Shown here one piece after another: positions 1 to 8,048 of a DNA stretch of 24,000 nt (position 1 is its first letter; each line of letters opens with the position of its first letter). Source of the DNA: Rhodospirillaceae bacterium. GTDB lineage: Bacteria > Pseudomonadota > Alphaproteobacteria > Rhodospirillales > JABHCV01. The notes beneath the pieces were generated by a model, which was given only the letters and a program-made list of their open reading frames with translations, was not told the origin of the DNA and did not search any database. The position numbers and the translations under genes were made by a program. The stretch is taken from the NCBI GenBank assembly GCA_014382375.1, contig JACNJU010000144.1, positions 23,030-47,029 of the forward strand, in the 5' to 3' direction.

Positions 1-741
1 CCAATCCTCGGCACCATAAATTTCAGTCAGCACGTCAGATGTCAGACCGGTGGGCGGCCCATCATAAACCACCGCACCCAGTTGCAGACCGATGATCCGC
101 TGGACAAACAGCTGGGCCAGGGCGACGTCGTGAATATTAATGATCGCGGCCAGTTGGCGTTCTTCACATAGCTCGCAAATCAGCCGCATGATCTGGCGCG
201 AGGTCTTGGGATCAAGGCTCGCCGTCGGTTCGTCGACCAGCAGAATTTCCGGATCCTGTATAAGCGCCCGGGCGATACCGACGCGCTGACGCTGGCCGCC
301 GGAAAGCTCGTCGGCGCGCTTGTCAACCATATCGCTCAAGCCGACACGGTCGAGCAGGCGGAAGGCTTCATCGATAGTATCCTTGGGGAATTTACGAAAA
401 TAACTGGACCAGAAGCCGACGTAACCCAAGCGACCGGAAAGCACATTTTCCATGACGCTCAAACGTTCAACAAGGGCATATTCCTGGAAGATCATGCCCA
501 TCTTGCGCCGGGCCCGGCGCAGCGCCCCCACACCCAGACTGGTCAGTTCCTCATCAACCAGATAAACCTTGCCTGATGTCGGCTCAACCAGCCTGTTGAT
601 ACAGCGAATAAGGGTGCTTTTACCGGCCCCTGATGGACCGATCAAGGCCAGCACTTGGCCTTTGGGAACCTCAAGATCAACGTTTTTAAGCGCCAGGTCC
701 CCGGTCTTGTATTGCTTGGTTAAGCCTTCCAGACGCAGCAT
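1..741 (-). CDS. phnC: Phosphonate/phosphite-type ABC transporter ATP-binding protein (PhnC-like); C-terminus cut by the window edge
   Basis: Absent from the ORF track because it runs off the window. My reverse translation from the ATG (cat at 739-741) gives [51 protein letters not shown]... It has Walker [13 protein letters not shown] signature [15 protein letters not shown] and Walker [13 protein letters not shown], and stays in frame to base 1. It lies just downstream of the PhnD-like binding protein gene. Confidence 0.85.
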   Translation of the reverse strand, partial: MLRLEGLTKQYKTGDLALKNVDLEVPKGQVLALIGPSGAGKSTLIRCINRLVEPTSGKVYLVDEELTSLGVGALRRARRKMGMIFQEYALVERLSVMENVLSGRLGYVGFWSSYFRKFPKDTIDEAFRLLDRVGLSDMVDKRADELSGGQRQRVGIARALIQDPEILLVDEPTASLDPKTSRQIMRLICELCEERQLAAIINIHDVALAQLFVQRIIGLQLGAVVYDGPPTGLTSDVLTEIYGAEDW

Positions 742-812
742 TACCCACCCCACATGTTCACCGGTTACCCGGCCCGCCCCATGGGGACAGGCCGGTTCCG
801 GATTTGTTATTT

Positions 813-1823
813 TTACTTACAAGCGTAGGAAACGCCGTTCGCCTTGTCGATTTTGCGAATGACATCCCAGTGCGACTTGTAGGTAATCGGCAGGAATTGC
901 CCCTCAGGTGGCTTGGACTTGGAGAACTCAACCTTCAGGCTGGTCGGGCTTCCGTCCGGCTTGTCCCATTTAAAGCCGAAGAAGGCTTCCTTGATTTTCT
1001 CCTGCAACGCGGGTTTCAAGTTGTAGACCATGCCAAAACCGGTGGTCGGGAAGGTCTGCGAGGTGTAGATCACCTTGACCTGATCATCCTTGATGACGCC
1101 ACGCGCCAACATCCGCTGTTTGACTGAGTTGGCGATGGAGGCCGCCGGATAATCCTTGTTGGCGACACCCAGGATCGAATTGTCATGCTTGCCAGAGAAA
1201 GCTGGCGTGAAGTCACGATCTTTTTCCATGCCGAAGTCGGCTTTCAGGATCGCAGAAGGCGCCTTGAAGCCGGAGTTTGACGTTGGTGAGGTGAAGGCCA
1301 GGGTCTTGCCCTTGATGTCTTCAACCTTTTCAATACCGCTGCCCGGAAAAGTGATGATTTCCATCTCGTAGCCGAAGGCACCGCTTTCCTGCGCCATGAT
1401 GGTGAACGAGCGGAAACCGGCGCAGTTGACAGCCAGCGGGTTGGAACCGGTATTGAAACCGGCGACATGCAGGCGGCCCGAACGCATCGCTTCGATCTGG
1501 GCAGCATTGGACTGAACCGGGAAGAACAGCACTTTCTTGCCGGTCACTTTTTCCATGTTGGTCAGAAAATCAGACCAGGCGGTCTTATAGACGGCAGGGT
1601 CTTCGACCGGGGTATAGGCGAAGACCAGCGTATCAGGATCGATTTGCTGTGCCGGATCGCTCGGCGTGTCCGCCGTCAGGTCGCCATCGCGGTCACAAAA
1701 ACGCGTGTCTAGGTCGCCGCGCGGGCATTCCTCGGCTGACGCAGGCGTCACCGTCATCAAGATAAATGCGGCCACAGCGCCGCAAGCCGCGCTGACGCCA
1801 CGGCGTAGAATCATTGCTAACAT
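813..1823 (-). CDS. phnD: Phosphonate/phosphite ABC transporter periplasmic substrate-binding protein (PhnD family)
   Basis: 336-aa ORF with an N-terminal signal peptide ([13 protein letters not shown]). PhnD-like blocks by eye: [46 protein letters not shown]. Strong SD GGGAGGAG lies 8 nt upstream of the ATG at 1823. It is followed by the ABC ATPase gene. Confidence 0.8.
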   Translation of the reverse strand: MLAMILRRGVSAACGAVAAFILMTVTPASAEECPRGDLDTRFCDRDGDLTADTPSDPAQQIDPDTLVFAYTPVEDPAVYKTAWSDFLTNMEKVTGKKVLFFPVQSNAAQIEAMRSGRLHVAGFNTGSNPLAVNCAGFRSFTIMAQESGAFGYEMEIITFPGSGIEKVEDIKGKTLAFTSPTSNSGFKAPSAILKADFGMEKDRDFTPAFSGKHDNSILGVANKDYPAASIANSVKQRMLARGVIKDDQVKVIYTSQTFPTTGFGMVYNLKPALQEKIKEAFFGFKWDKPDGSPTSLKVEFSKSKPPEGQFLPITYKSHWDVIRKIDKANGVSYACK

Positions 1824-1884
1824 CTGAAAAACTCCTCCCTGTATATTTTATAGTCTTGCTGGTTTTTGTTTTATGCGGGTTCCG

Positions 1885-1902
1885 CTGTCGTATCTTTGTA
1901 CG
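1885..1902. promoter_or_regulatory. Candidate Pho-box-like direct repeat in the phnD / thiE-operon divergent region
   Basis: CTGTCGT-ATCT-TTGTACG resembles the enterobacterial Pho box (two CTGTCAT-like 7-mers separated by 4 nt). It lies ~60-80 nt from the phnD start, but the repeat reads on the + strand while phnD is on the - strand. Confidence 0.2.
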
Positions 1903-2015
1903 CTTGCAACGACCGCCTGATAAAACTTGTATCATTAAAGGGGCCGCGTCAATTGTATCGACACCCTGCATATCCCCTTGGCTTTTGACTGGAACCATTC
2001 TATCTCTACGCCACC

Positions 2016-2426
2016 ATGAGCAACGCCATCATTATTCACTCGCTGGAACATGCCCAGGCTGCCCTGCAGGCGGCCCAGGCGGTCGGTGTTCAGGTCACAC
2101 TGGTAAGCCCGGCCGGGGCGGCGGCAACCCTTGGTGCGACAGTCTTTCGGGATATCGTCGCCCAGGCCGCAGAAGCTTACCCGGACGTCGATTTTCAGGC
2201 CGTGCTTGATTGTGGAGATGATCCGGGGCTGGCCCTTGGCGCGCTCAGACACGGCATCAAGGTGGTGCGTATTTCCAACGGCCCTGAATTATCTGAAAAA
2301 CTGGCCGATATCGCTGGCCAGCGCGGAGCCACGGTCTACACCGAAACAGGTGATGAGCTTGATTTGTACGACATGACCAACCCCGCTGCCGCCTGTCGCG
2401 CCTGGCTCAAGGAACTGCCGCAATGA
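2016..2426 (+). CDS. Hypothetical protein (136 aa), translationally coupled to thiE
   Basis: The ORF has coding-like composition. Its stop overlaps the thiE start in ATGA (2423-2426). I recognise no family motif and see no obvious SD. Confidence 0.55.
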   Translation: MSNAIIIHSLEHAQAALQAAQAVGVQVTLVSPAGAAATLGATVFRDIVAQAAEAYPDVDFQAVLDCGDDPGLALGALRHGIKVVRISNGPELSEKLADIAGQRGATVYTETGDELDLYDMTNPAAACRAWLKELPQ

Positions 2427-3070
2427 CCGATTTCAACCGCACCCAGTTATACCTGATCACGCCGCCGAAGCTCGACCTGTCCAGCTTCCCCGACATTCTG
2501 GCCCGCACCCTTGACGCCGGACGTGTAGGCTGCCTGCAACTGCGCCTCAAAGACACACCAGAAGAAGACATCGTCCGCACCATCGATGCCTTAAAACCCA
2601 TCGCCCAGGAACGCGGTGTCGCATTCTTGCTCAATGATGACCCGACCCTTGCCGCCAGGACCGGCTGCGACGGGGTTCATGTGGGCCAGCAGGACGCCAG
2701 CTACGAAGAAGCCCGTGAGGCCGTCGGGACGGGTGCCATAGTTGGTGTCACCTGCCATGATTCCAGACATCTGGCCATGGAAGCAGCTGAACAGGGTGCC
2801 GATTATGTTGCCTTCGGTGCCTTTTTCCCGACCGCAACGAAAACCCCGAAAGCCCACCCGGATCCGGAAATCCTTAACTGGTGGAGCAAGGACATGACCG
2901 TGCCGGTCGTTGCCATCGGCGGCATCAGTGTTGAAAACTGCCCGCCCCTGATCAGCGCCGGAGCAGATTTTCTGGCCGTCGTCGCCGGGGTCTGGGATTA
3001 CGCGGAAGGCCCGGAACAAGCGGTCATCGCCTTCAACCGGCTGTTCAAAGAAACACCCGTCGATCCTTAA
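2423..3070 (+). CDS. thiE: Thiamine-phosphate synthase
   Basis: 215 aa with ThiE-like blocks: LYLITP, GVHVGQQD, GADYVAFGAFFPTATK, VVAIGGI. Confidence 0.9.
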   Translation: MTDFNRTQLYLITPPKLDLSSFPDILARTLDAGRVGCLQLRLKDTPEEDIVRTIDALKPIAQERGVAFLLNDDPTLAARTGCDGVHVGQQDASYEEAREAVGTGAIVGVTCHDSRHLAMEAAEQGADYVAFGAFFPTATKTPKAHPDPEILNWWSKDMTVPVVAIGGISVENCPPLISAGADFLAVVAGVWDYAEGPEQAVIAFNRLFKETPVDP

Positions 3071-3145
3071 GGAACCTGTGCCATTGCTTCATACAGGGCA
3101 ACCTGATAGCTTCCGCGCCTTACAGTCAAAAAATGGTTCAAAATT

Positions 3146-3715
3146 ATGAAAATTAATGGAAATGCCGTTCGTCCCGGTATGGTGATTGAACATCAGGGAC
3201 GCCTGTGGCGGGCCGTAAAAATCCAGCACACCCAGCCCGGCAAGGGCGGCGCTTACCTGCAAGTGGAATTGCGCGGTGTCCGCGATGGCACCAAGCTCAA
3301 TGAACGATTCCGTTCCTCCGAAACCGTCGAACGGGCGCGCCTCGACCAGAAAGATTACCAATACCTGTTCGCCGATGGCGACATGTACACCTTCATGGAC
3401 AATGAAACTTACGAGCAGATCACCTTAAGTGGCGAACTGATCGGTGAGGAGCAGATCCCTTTCCTGCAGGAAAGCATGATCGTCACAGTCGAAAGTCATG
3501 AAGACGACCCCATCGGCGTCCAGCTGCCCGACCATGTCACCCTTGAAGTGACAGAGGCCGACGCCGTCGTTAAAGGCCAGACCGCCTCATCATCCTACAA
3601 GCCTGCGGTTCTTGAAAACGGCGTCAAAACCCTGGTCCCACCCCATATCGGGACAGGCACCCGCATCGTCGTCAACACCGCCGATGCCTCTTATGTCGAG
3701 CGAGCGAAAGATTAA
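3146..3715 (+). CDS. efp: Elongation factor P
   Basis: 189 aa. The N-terminus [18 protein letters not shown] and the loop [14 protein letters not shown] are typical of EF-P. Confidence 0.95.
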   Translation: MKINGNAVRPGMVIEHQGRLWRAVKIQHTQPGKGGAYLQVELRGVRDGTKLNERFRSSETVERARLDQKDYQYLFADGDMYTFMDNETYEQITLSGELIGEEQIPFLQESMIVTVESHEDDPIGVQLPDHVTLEVTEADAVVKGQTASSSYKPAVLENGVKTLVPPHIGTGTRIVVNTADASYVERAKD

Positions 3716-3721
3716 CAACTG

Positions 3722-4516
3722 ATGGCCCATCGTTCCGCTCTGATAAATGTGATGATCGCCGCAGCCCAGAAGGCGTCGCGCAAGCTTCTGCGAGATTTTG
3801 GTGAAGTTGAAAACCTGCAAGTGGCCCGCAAGGGGCCTGCAGATTTTGTCAGCTCGGCCGATAAAACCGCCGAAGATACCCTGCACTACGCCCTTAGAAA
3901 GGCGCGGCCCAACTATTCCTTCCTGATGGAAGAATCCGGCGAGATTGTCGGTTCCGACAGTTCCAACTGCTGGATCATCGACCCCCTGGACGGCACCACC
4001 AACTTCCTGCACGGATTGCCGCACTTCGCCATCTCGATCGGTTTGCAGCGCGATAACGAACCCTACGCCGGGGTCATTTACGAACCCGTCCATGATGAAA
4101 TGTTCTGGGCCGAAAAAGGCCAGGGCGCGCACCTCAATGACCGGCGCATCCGGGTTTCGGGACGCAATGCCATGGATGAAGCCCTGTTTGCCACAGGCAT
4201 TCCATTTATGGGTGCGCGTGATCATCCATTGTTCCTTAAACAACTTGAAGCGGTGATGGCAGTCTCCTGCGGGGTGCGTCGATTTGGATCGGCGGCGCTT
4301 GACCTGGCCTACGTTGCCGCCGGGCGCTATGAAGGGTTTTGGGAAACCGGCCTGAGCCCCTGGGACATGGCTGCGGGTATCGTCATTGTCCGCGAAGCCG
4401 GAGGATACGTTACCGAGATCGACGGCAATGGCAAGATGCTGGAAAGCGGTTCAATTCTGGCCGCCAACGACCAACTTCACGTCCCCTTGGGCAAATTGAT
4501 TAAAAACGCAAAGTAA
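3722..4516 (+). CDS. suhB: Inositol monophosphatase family protein (SuhB-like)
   Basis: 264 aa with IMPase motifs WIIDPLDGTTNF and WDMAAG. The N-terminus SALINVMIAAAQKASRKLLRDFGEVE is typical of alphaproteobacterial SuhB. It starts 6 nt after efp. Confidence 0.9.
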   Translation: MAHRSALINVMIAAAQKASRKLLRDFGEVENLQVARKGPADFVSSADKTAEDTLHYALRKARPNYSFLMEESGEIVGSDSSNCWIIDPLDGTTNFLHGLPHFAISIGLQRDNEPYAGVIYEPVHDEMFWAEKGQGAHLNDRRIRVSGRNAMDEALFATGIPFMGARDHPLFLKQLEAVMAVSCGVRRFGSAALDLAYVAAGRYEGFWETGLSPWDMAAGIVIVREAGGYVTEIDGNGKMLESGSILAANDQLHVPLGKLIKNAK

Positions 4517-4637
4517 AAAAGAACCCGCAAGGCATTGAGCTTACGCGGTAAAATGGTTGTGCCATGCGCCACGCTTGGTTATCTTGACAGAATCTAATTT
4601 GGGCAAAGCCATCAACGGGTGGAATATCAGACGCATC

Positions 4638-5567
4638 ATGGACTTATTTCAAAGCAATTCTCATTTTACCAACGCACGTCCCACCATCATGGGGGCGTTG
4701 GCGGCCATCTCACTGGTTCTGGCAAGTTCCGACAACGCCACCGCCCAACAAGATACCTATGTGGATTTCTCTCATCCGAATGTGACTATAGACCTGAGTG
4801 TTATCGACAATGGCGGCTACCAGCCAGCAACCGGTGCTGAGGCGACTGTCTTTGGTGGTCGATCGGGAATTAAACTGATTATGCCGGGCAGTCAGGCACC
4901 GACGTCCATGCTTCATGTTCCGACTGTCAGCGGCAAAACCCTGGTCTTGCCGAAAAAACAAAAACCCGTTCAAACCGCCGCCAAAAATCCAAAGCCAGCC
5001 CCGGTTGTTGAAAAAGCACCAGCACCTGCCCCTACGCCTGTCAAACTTGCCGCCACGGCGAAACCGACGATAACACCGGCAGCCGCCCCAGAGGTCAAAA
5101 AAGCCCCACCGGCAGCGCCTGTTGTCAATCCGGCTCCGAAAGTCGCCAAGGCCGAAGTGCCGAAAGCACCGCCCCCGCCGCCAGCCCCGAAGGCGGAAAA
5201 AACCGTTGCCACTGAGCAAGCGGCAATGCCTGCCGCATCGGCGGCAATAGGCCCCGGACAAGCCTTGCGTGTCACCTTTACAGGTGAGCAGACAAAACTT
5301 CCAGCAGCCGCAAAAGACGGTTTGACCGCTCTCGCCAATAAGATGAAGGGGCAGGAAACCGTACGCCTGCAATTGATGGCCTATGCTGGTGGCCCGTCGT
5401 TGTCATCGAGCCTGGCCCGCAGGATGTCTCTCTCCAGGGCTCTTGCCGTACGCTCTTTCCTGATTGAAAGCGGGGTCAGAAGCACCCGCATCGATGTTCG
5501 GGCGCTGGGCAACAAAACCACTGAAAAACCTATCAACCGTGTCGACCTGAACGTAACGGAACGATGA
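4638..5567 (+). CDS. OmpA-domain protein with a long Pro/Ala/Lys-rich linker
   Basis: The C-terminus VRLQLMAYAGG...RRMSLSRALAVRSFLIESGVRSTRIDVRALG is OmpA-like. The central region (~res 130-215 of the track ORF) is PAPVVEKAPAPAPTPVKL...KAPPPPPAPKAEK. The track ORF starts at a TTG at 4557. I prefer the in-frame ATG at 4638 (MDLFQSNSHFTNARPTIMGALAAISLVLASSDNATAQ, signal-peptide-like). The start remains uncertain; 4689 is also possible. Confidence 0.75.
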   Translation: MDLFQSNSHFTNARPTIMGALAAISLVLASSDNATAQQDTYVDFSHPNVTIDLSVIDNGGYQPATGAEATVFGGRSGIKLIMPGSQAPTSMLHVPTVSGKTLVLPKKQKPVQTAAKNPKPAPVVEKAPAPAPTPVKLAATAKPTITPAAAPEVKKAPPAAPVVNPAPKVAKAEVPKAPPPPPAPKAEKTVATEQAAMPAASAAIGPGQALRVTFTGEQTKLPAAAKDGLTALANKMKGQETVRLQLMAYAGGPSLSSSLARRMSLSRALAVRSFLIESGVRSTRIDVRALGNKTTEKPINRVDLNVTER

Positions 5568-5574
5568 ACGCCTT

Positions 5575-5591
5575 AAAATCGTCACGATTTT
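5575..5591. repeat. Perfect 8-1-8 palindrome AAAATCGT-C-ACGATTTT between the OmpA-domain gene and the MotA-like gene
   Basis: Read directly from the sequence. It begins 8 nt after the OmpA-domain stop and lies ~48 nt before the MotA-like ATG. It could be a weak AU-rich terminator hairpin or an operator. Confidence 0.3.
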
Positions 5592-5638
5592 TATCTCCAA
5601 ATATATCTGGTGCATAAGTTAAGGAGAGTTCTCCGGCC

Positions 5639-6787
5639 ATGACCAACCCGCGGCGTTTTCTTCTTCGAATGGTTTTGTTCCTGATAGCCGTGCTGGCTGT
5701 CGCATTCTTTCTGTTCGAGCCACTGCAAGGCGCGTTTATGGCCAACGCGCCCTTGAACGGATTGATCATCGGGGTCCTTGTGCTAGGCGTGATTTACAAT
5801 TTCCGACAGGTCATCATGCTCTATCCGGAAGTTTCGTGGATTGAAAACTTCCGTCAGAACGGCCAGGCCACTTCGCAAGGCAGCCAGCCGCGTCTGCTGG
5901 CCTCCATGGCGACAATGCTGGGAGAGCGTAACCGCGATCATTTAAGCCTGTCCGCGCTTTCCATGCGCTCCTTGCTGGATGGTATTTATTCCAGGCTTGA
6001 TGAATCCCGCGATCTGTCGCGCTATACAATCGGGCTGCTGATTTTCCTGGGCCTGCTGGGCACTTTCTGGGGATTGCTTGGCACCGTTGCTTCCATCGGC
6101 AACGTTATTGCCAATCTGAGCATCAATGCTGAAACCGCGGCCGTCTTTGCGGATTTGAAAGATGGCCTGCAAGCGCCCATGACCGGCATGGGAACGGCAT
6201 TTTCATCATCCCTATTCGGTTTGGCCGGATCACTGGTGCTGGGTTTTCTTGATCTTCAGGCCGGACAAGCCCTGAACCGCTTTTACAATGACCTTGAGGA
6301 ATGGCTGTCCAGCCTGACCCGCCTGTCCAGCGGCGCGCTCTCCGCCAGCGGCGAGGGCGACCAATCCGTTCCGGCTTATGTTCAGGCGCTTCTCGAGCAG
6401 ACGGCCGAAAGCCTTGAAAGCCTGCAGCGGACAATTGGCAAAGGTGAGGAAAGCCGGATTTCGGCGAACAACACCCTGATGGCTGTCGGCGAGAAAATGG
6501 GCACGCTGAGCGATCACATGCGCACGGAGCAGGCGCTGATGATGAAACTGGCCGAAAGCCAGCTTGAGATGAAACCGATCCTCGCCCGTTTGGCTGAAAA
6601 CAGCGGCTCATTGGGTGGCTCAAGCGGCGGTCTGGATGAGGCGACCCGCAGTCATATCCGCAACCTGGATGTCTATATGGCGCGTCTGGTCGAAGAACTG
6701 GGCAGCGGCCGGGAGGACATCATCTCGCAGATTCGCAGCGAAATCAAACTGCTCGCCCGCACCATCGCCGCGACCAAGGACGGGTAA
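5639..6787 (+). CDS. MotA/TolQ/ExbB-family proton-channel protein with a ~170-aa C-terminal coiled-coil tail
   Basis: 382 aa. I see four hydrophobic segments by eye (res ~8-27, 39-60, 129-150, 184-207). It carries the family-typical GLLGTFWGLLGTV and GMGTAFSSSLFGLAGSLVLGF. The heptad-rich tail reads QALLEQTAESLESLQRTIG...MMKLAESQLEMK. Confidence 0.8.
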   Translation: MTNPRRFLLRMVLFLIAVLAVAFFLFEPLQGAFMANAPLNGLIIGVLVLGVIYNFRQVIMLYPEVSWIENFRQNGQATSQGSQPRLLASMATMLGERNRDHLSLSALSMRSLLDGIYSRLDESRDLSRYTIGLLIFLGLLGTFWGLLGTVASIGNVIANLSINAETAAVFADLKDGLQAPMTGMGTAFSSSLFGLAGSLVLGFLDLQAGQALNRFYNDLEEWLSSLTRLSSGALSASGEGDQSVPAYVQALLEQTAESLESLQRTIGKGEESRISANNTLMAVGEKMGTLSDHMRTEQALMMKLAESQLEMKPILARLAENSGSLGGSSGGLDEATRSHIRNLDVYMARLVEELGSGREDIISQIRSEIKLLARTIAATKDG

Positions 6788-6800
6788 CGGGTAGCGTGAC

Positions 6801-7973
6801 ATGACCACCCTCGCCCGCCGCGCCCAGCGAAGCACCAACATCTGGCCCGGTTTTGTCGATGCCCTGGCAACTTTGCTGATGGTCATCATCTTTCTGCTGA
6901 TGGTCTTCGTGCTGGCCCAGTTTTTCCTGGGTGAAGCGTTATCAGGCCGTGACGCGGCCTTGCGCAAACTGCAAATCCAGATCACGGATATGAGTGATCT
7001 TCTGTCGCTGGAACGAAAGGCCAATGAAAACATGCGGCTGAATATCGCAACCATGACCGATGATCTGCAGGCATCGCTCATTAGCCGCGATAACCTTAAG
7101 TCATCCCTGTCGGCAATGACCCAGCACGCCGAAAGCCTGTCGGCAAAACTGACCGATTCCTTTGCCGTCATTGAGGCCGATAAGGAAACCATCGAAGCGA
7201 AGGTTCAGGAACTGGCCAAACTGACAAACGACATCGCCGCCCTGAAGGCCCTGCGCGAAGAAATGGAAACCAAAATTACAGACATGTCCACACAGTTAAA
7301 GGACAAGGACAATGATGTCGCAAAAGAGCGCAACATAGCCGAAAGTGCGCGCGCCCAGATCGCCCTGGCAAACCGTCAAATGGCGGCCCTGCGCGAACAA
7401 TTGGCGCGGCTTTCCGAAGCCCTTGAAGTTGCCGAACAAAAGGCCGAGGACCGGGGCGTACAGATTTCATCTCTTGGCAAGCGACTGAATTCAGCCTTGG
7501 CCACCAAGGTTCAGGAATTGTCGCGCTATCGCTCCGAATTCTTTGGCCGGTTGCGTGAAGTTCTTGGCAACCAGCCCGGAATCAGGATCGTCGGTGACCG
7601 TTTTGTTTTCCAGTCAGAGGTTCTGTTCGCTTCCGCATCAGCCGAGCTTGGTGAGGAAGGACAAAACCAGCTACGCCAGCTGGCGACAACGTTACTCGAT
7701 ATCATGACTCGCATCCCAAGCGACATCGACTGGATATTGCGTATCGATGGACATACGGACAACGTGCCTATCTCGAACTGGAAATTCCCCTCTAACTGGG
7801 AGCTATCTGCGGCCCGCGCCATATCGGTGGTCAAATTCCTGATCGCCGAGGGTATTTCTGCCGACCGCCTGGCCGCCGCCGGTTTTGGCGAATTTCGCCC
7901 CCTTGACATGGCTACAGACGAAGTCGCCAATCGTCGCAACCGCCGCATCGAAATGAAAATGACGCAACGCTAA
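6801..7973 (+). CDS. MotB-like protein: TM with conserved Asp, ~200-aa coiled coil, and an OmpA-like peptidoglycan-binding domain
   Basis: 390 aa. The N-terminus NIWPGFVDALATLLMVIIFLLMVF is a MotB-type TM with Asp. The long heptad region runs from LRKLQIQITDM to LATKVQELSRYRSEFF. The C-terminus reads RIDGHTDNVPISNWKFPSNWELSAARAISVVKFL...AGFGEFRPL...NRRNRRIEMKM. It starts 13 nt after the MotA-like gene. Confidence 0.85.
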   Translation: MTTLARRAQRSTNIWPGFVDALATLLMVIIFLLMVFVLAQFFLGEALSGRDAALRKLQIQITDMSDLLSLERKANENMRLNIATMTDDLQASLISRDNLKSSLSAMTQHAESLSAKLTDSFAVIEADKETIEAKVQELAKLTNDIAALKALREEMETKITDMSTQLKDKDNDVAKERNIAESARAQIALANRQMAALREQLARLSEALEVAEQKAEDRGVQISSLGKRLNSALATKVQELSRYRSEFFGRLREVLGNQPGIRIVGDRFVFQSEVLFASASAELGEEGQNQLRQLATTLLDIMTRIPSDIDWILRIDGHTDNVPISNWKFPSNWELSAARAISVVKFLIAEGISADRLAAAGFGEFRPLDMATDEVANRRNRRIEMKMTQR

Positions 7974-8048
7974 ATCTGATCATTGACAACCTCTCTTCTA
8001 TCCCTTCATTTAGCCCGCCGCTGAAGTTCTCAGGATTGCCTTATCCAA

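Noticed and set aside
569-1127. Plus-strand ORFs 569..862 and 804..1127
   Set aside because: They are antisense to phnC and phnD.
1824-2015. TPP riboswitch upstream of the thiE operon
   Set aside because: I looked for the conserved CUGAGA and pyrimidine-sensing helix sequences on the + strand and found neither. A covariance-model search would be the decisive test.
3590-4243. 217-aa minus-strand ORF
   Set aside because: It is antisense to the efp 3' end and to suhB, both of which carry unmistakable family motifs. This is a typical GC-rich shadow ORF.
4557-4637. TTG start at 4557 for the OmpA-domain protein
   Set aside because: It has no SD, and the N-terminal extension (MCHAPRLVILTESNLG...) is not signal-peptide-like. 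The in-frame ATG at 4638 gives a plausible signal sequence. This is not excluded experimentally.
4710-5372. 220-aa and 122-aa minus-strand ORFs (4710..5372, 4970..5338)
   Set aside because: They are antisense to the Pro/Ala-rich linker of the OmpA-domain gene. The Gly/Arg/Cys-rich translations are an artefact of GC-rich repetitive codons.
6620-7192. 190-aa minus-strand ORF across the MotA-like / MotB-like junction
   Set aside because: It spans an intergenic gap antisense to two well-supported genes and has no motifs.
5639-7973. Zorya-type (ZorAB) anti-phage system
   Set aside because: MotA-like and MotB-like genes with coiled coils recall ZorA/ZorB. However, the MotA-like tail is short (~170 aa), the long coiled coil is on the MotB-like protein, no ZorC/ZorD/ZorE-like genes are adjacent, and the neighbourhood is core housekeeping rather than a defence island.
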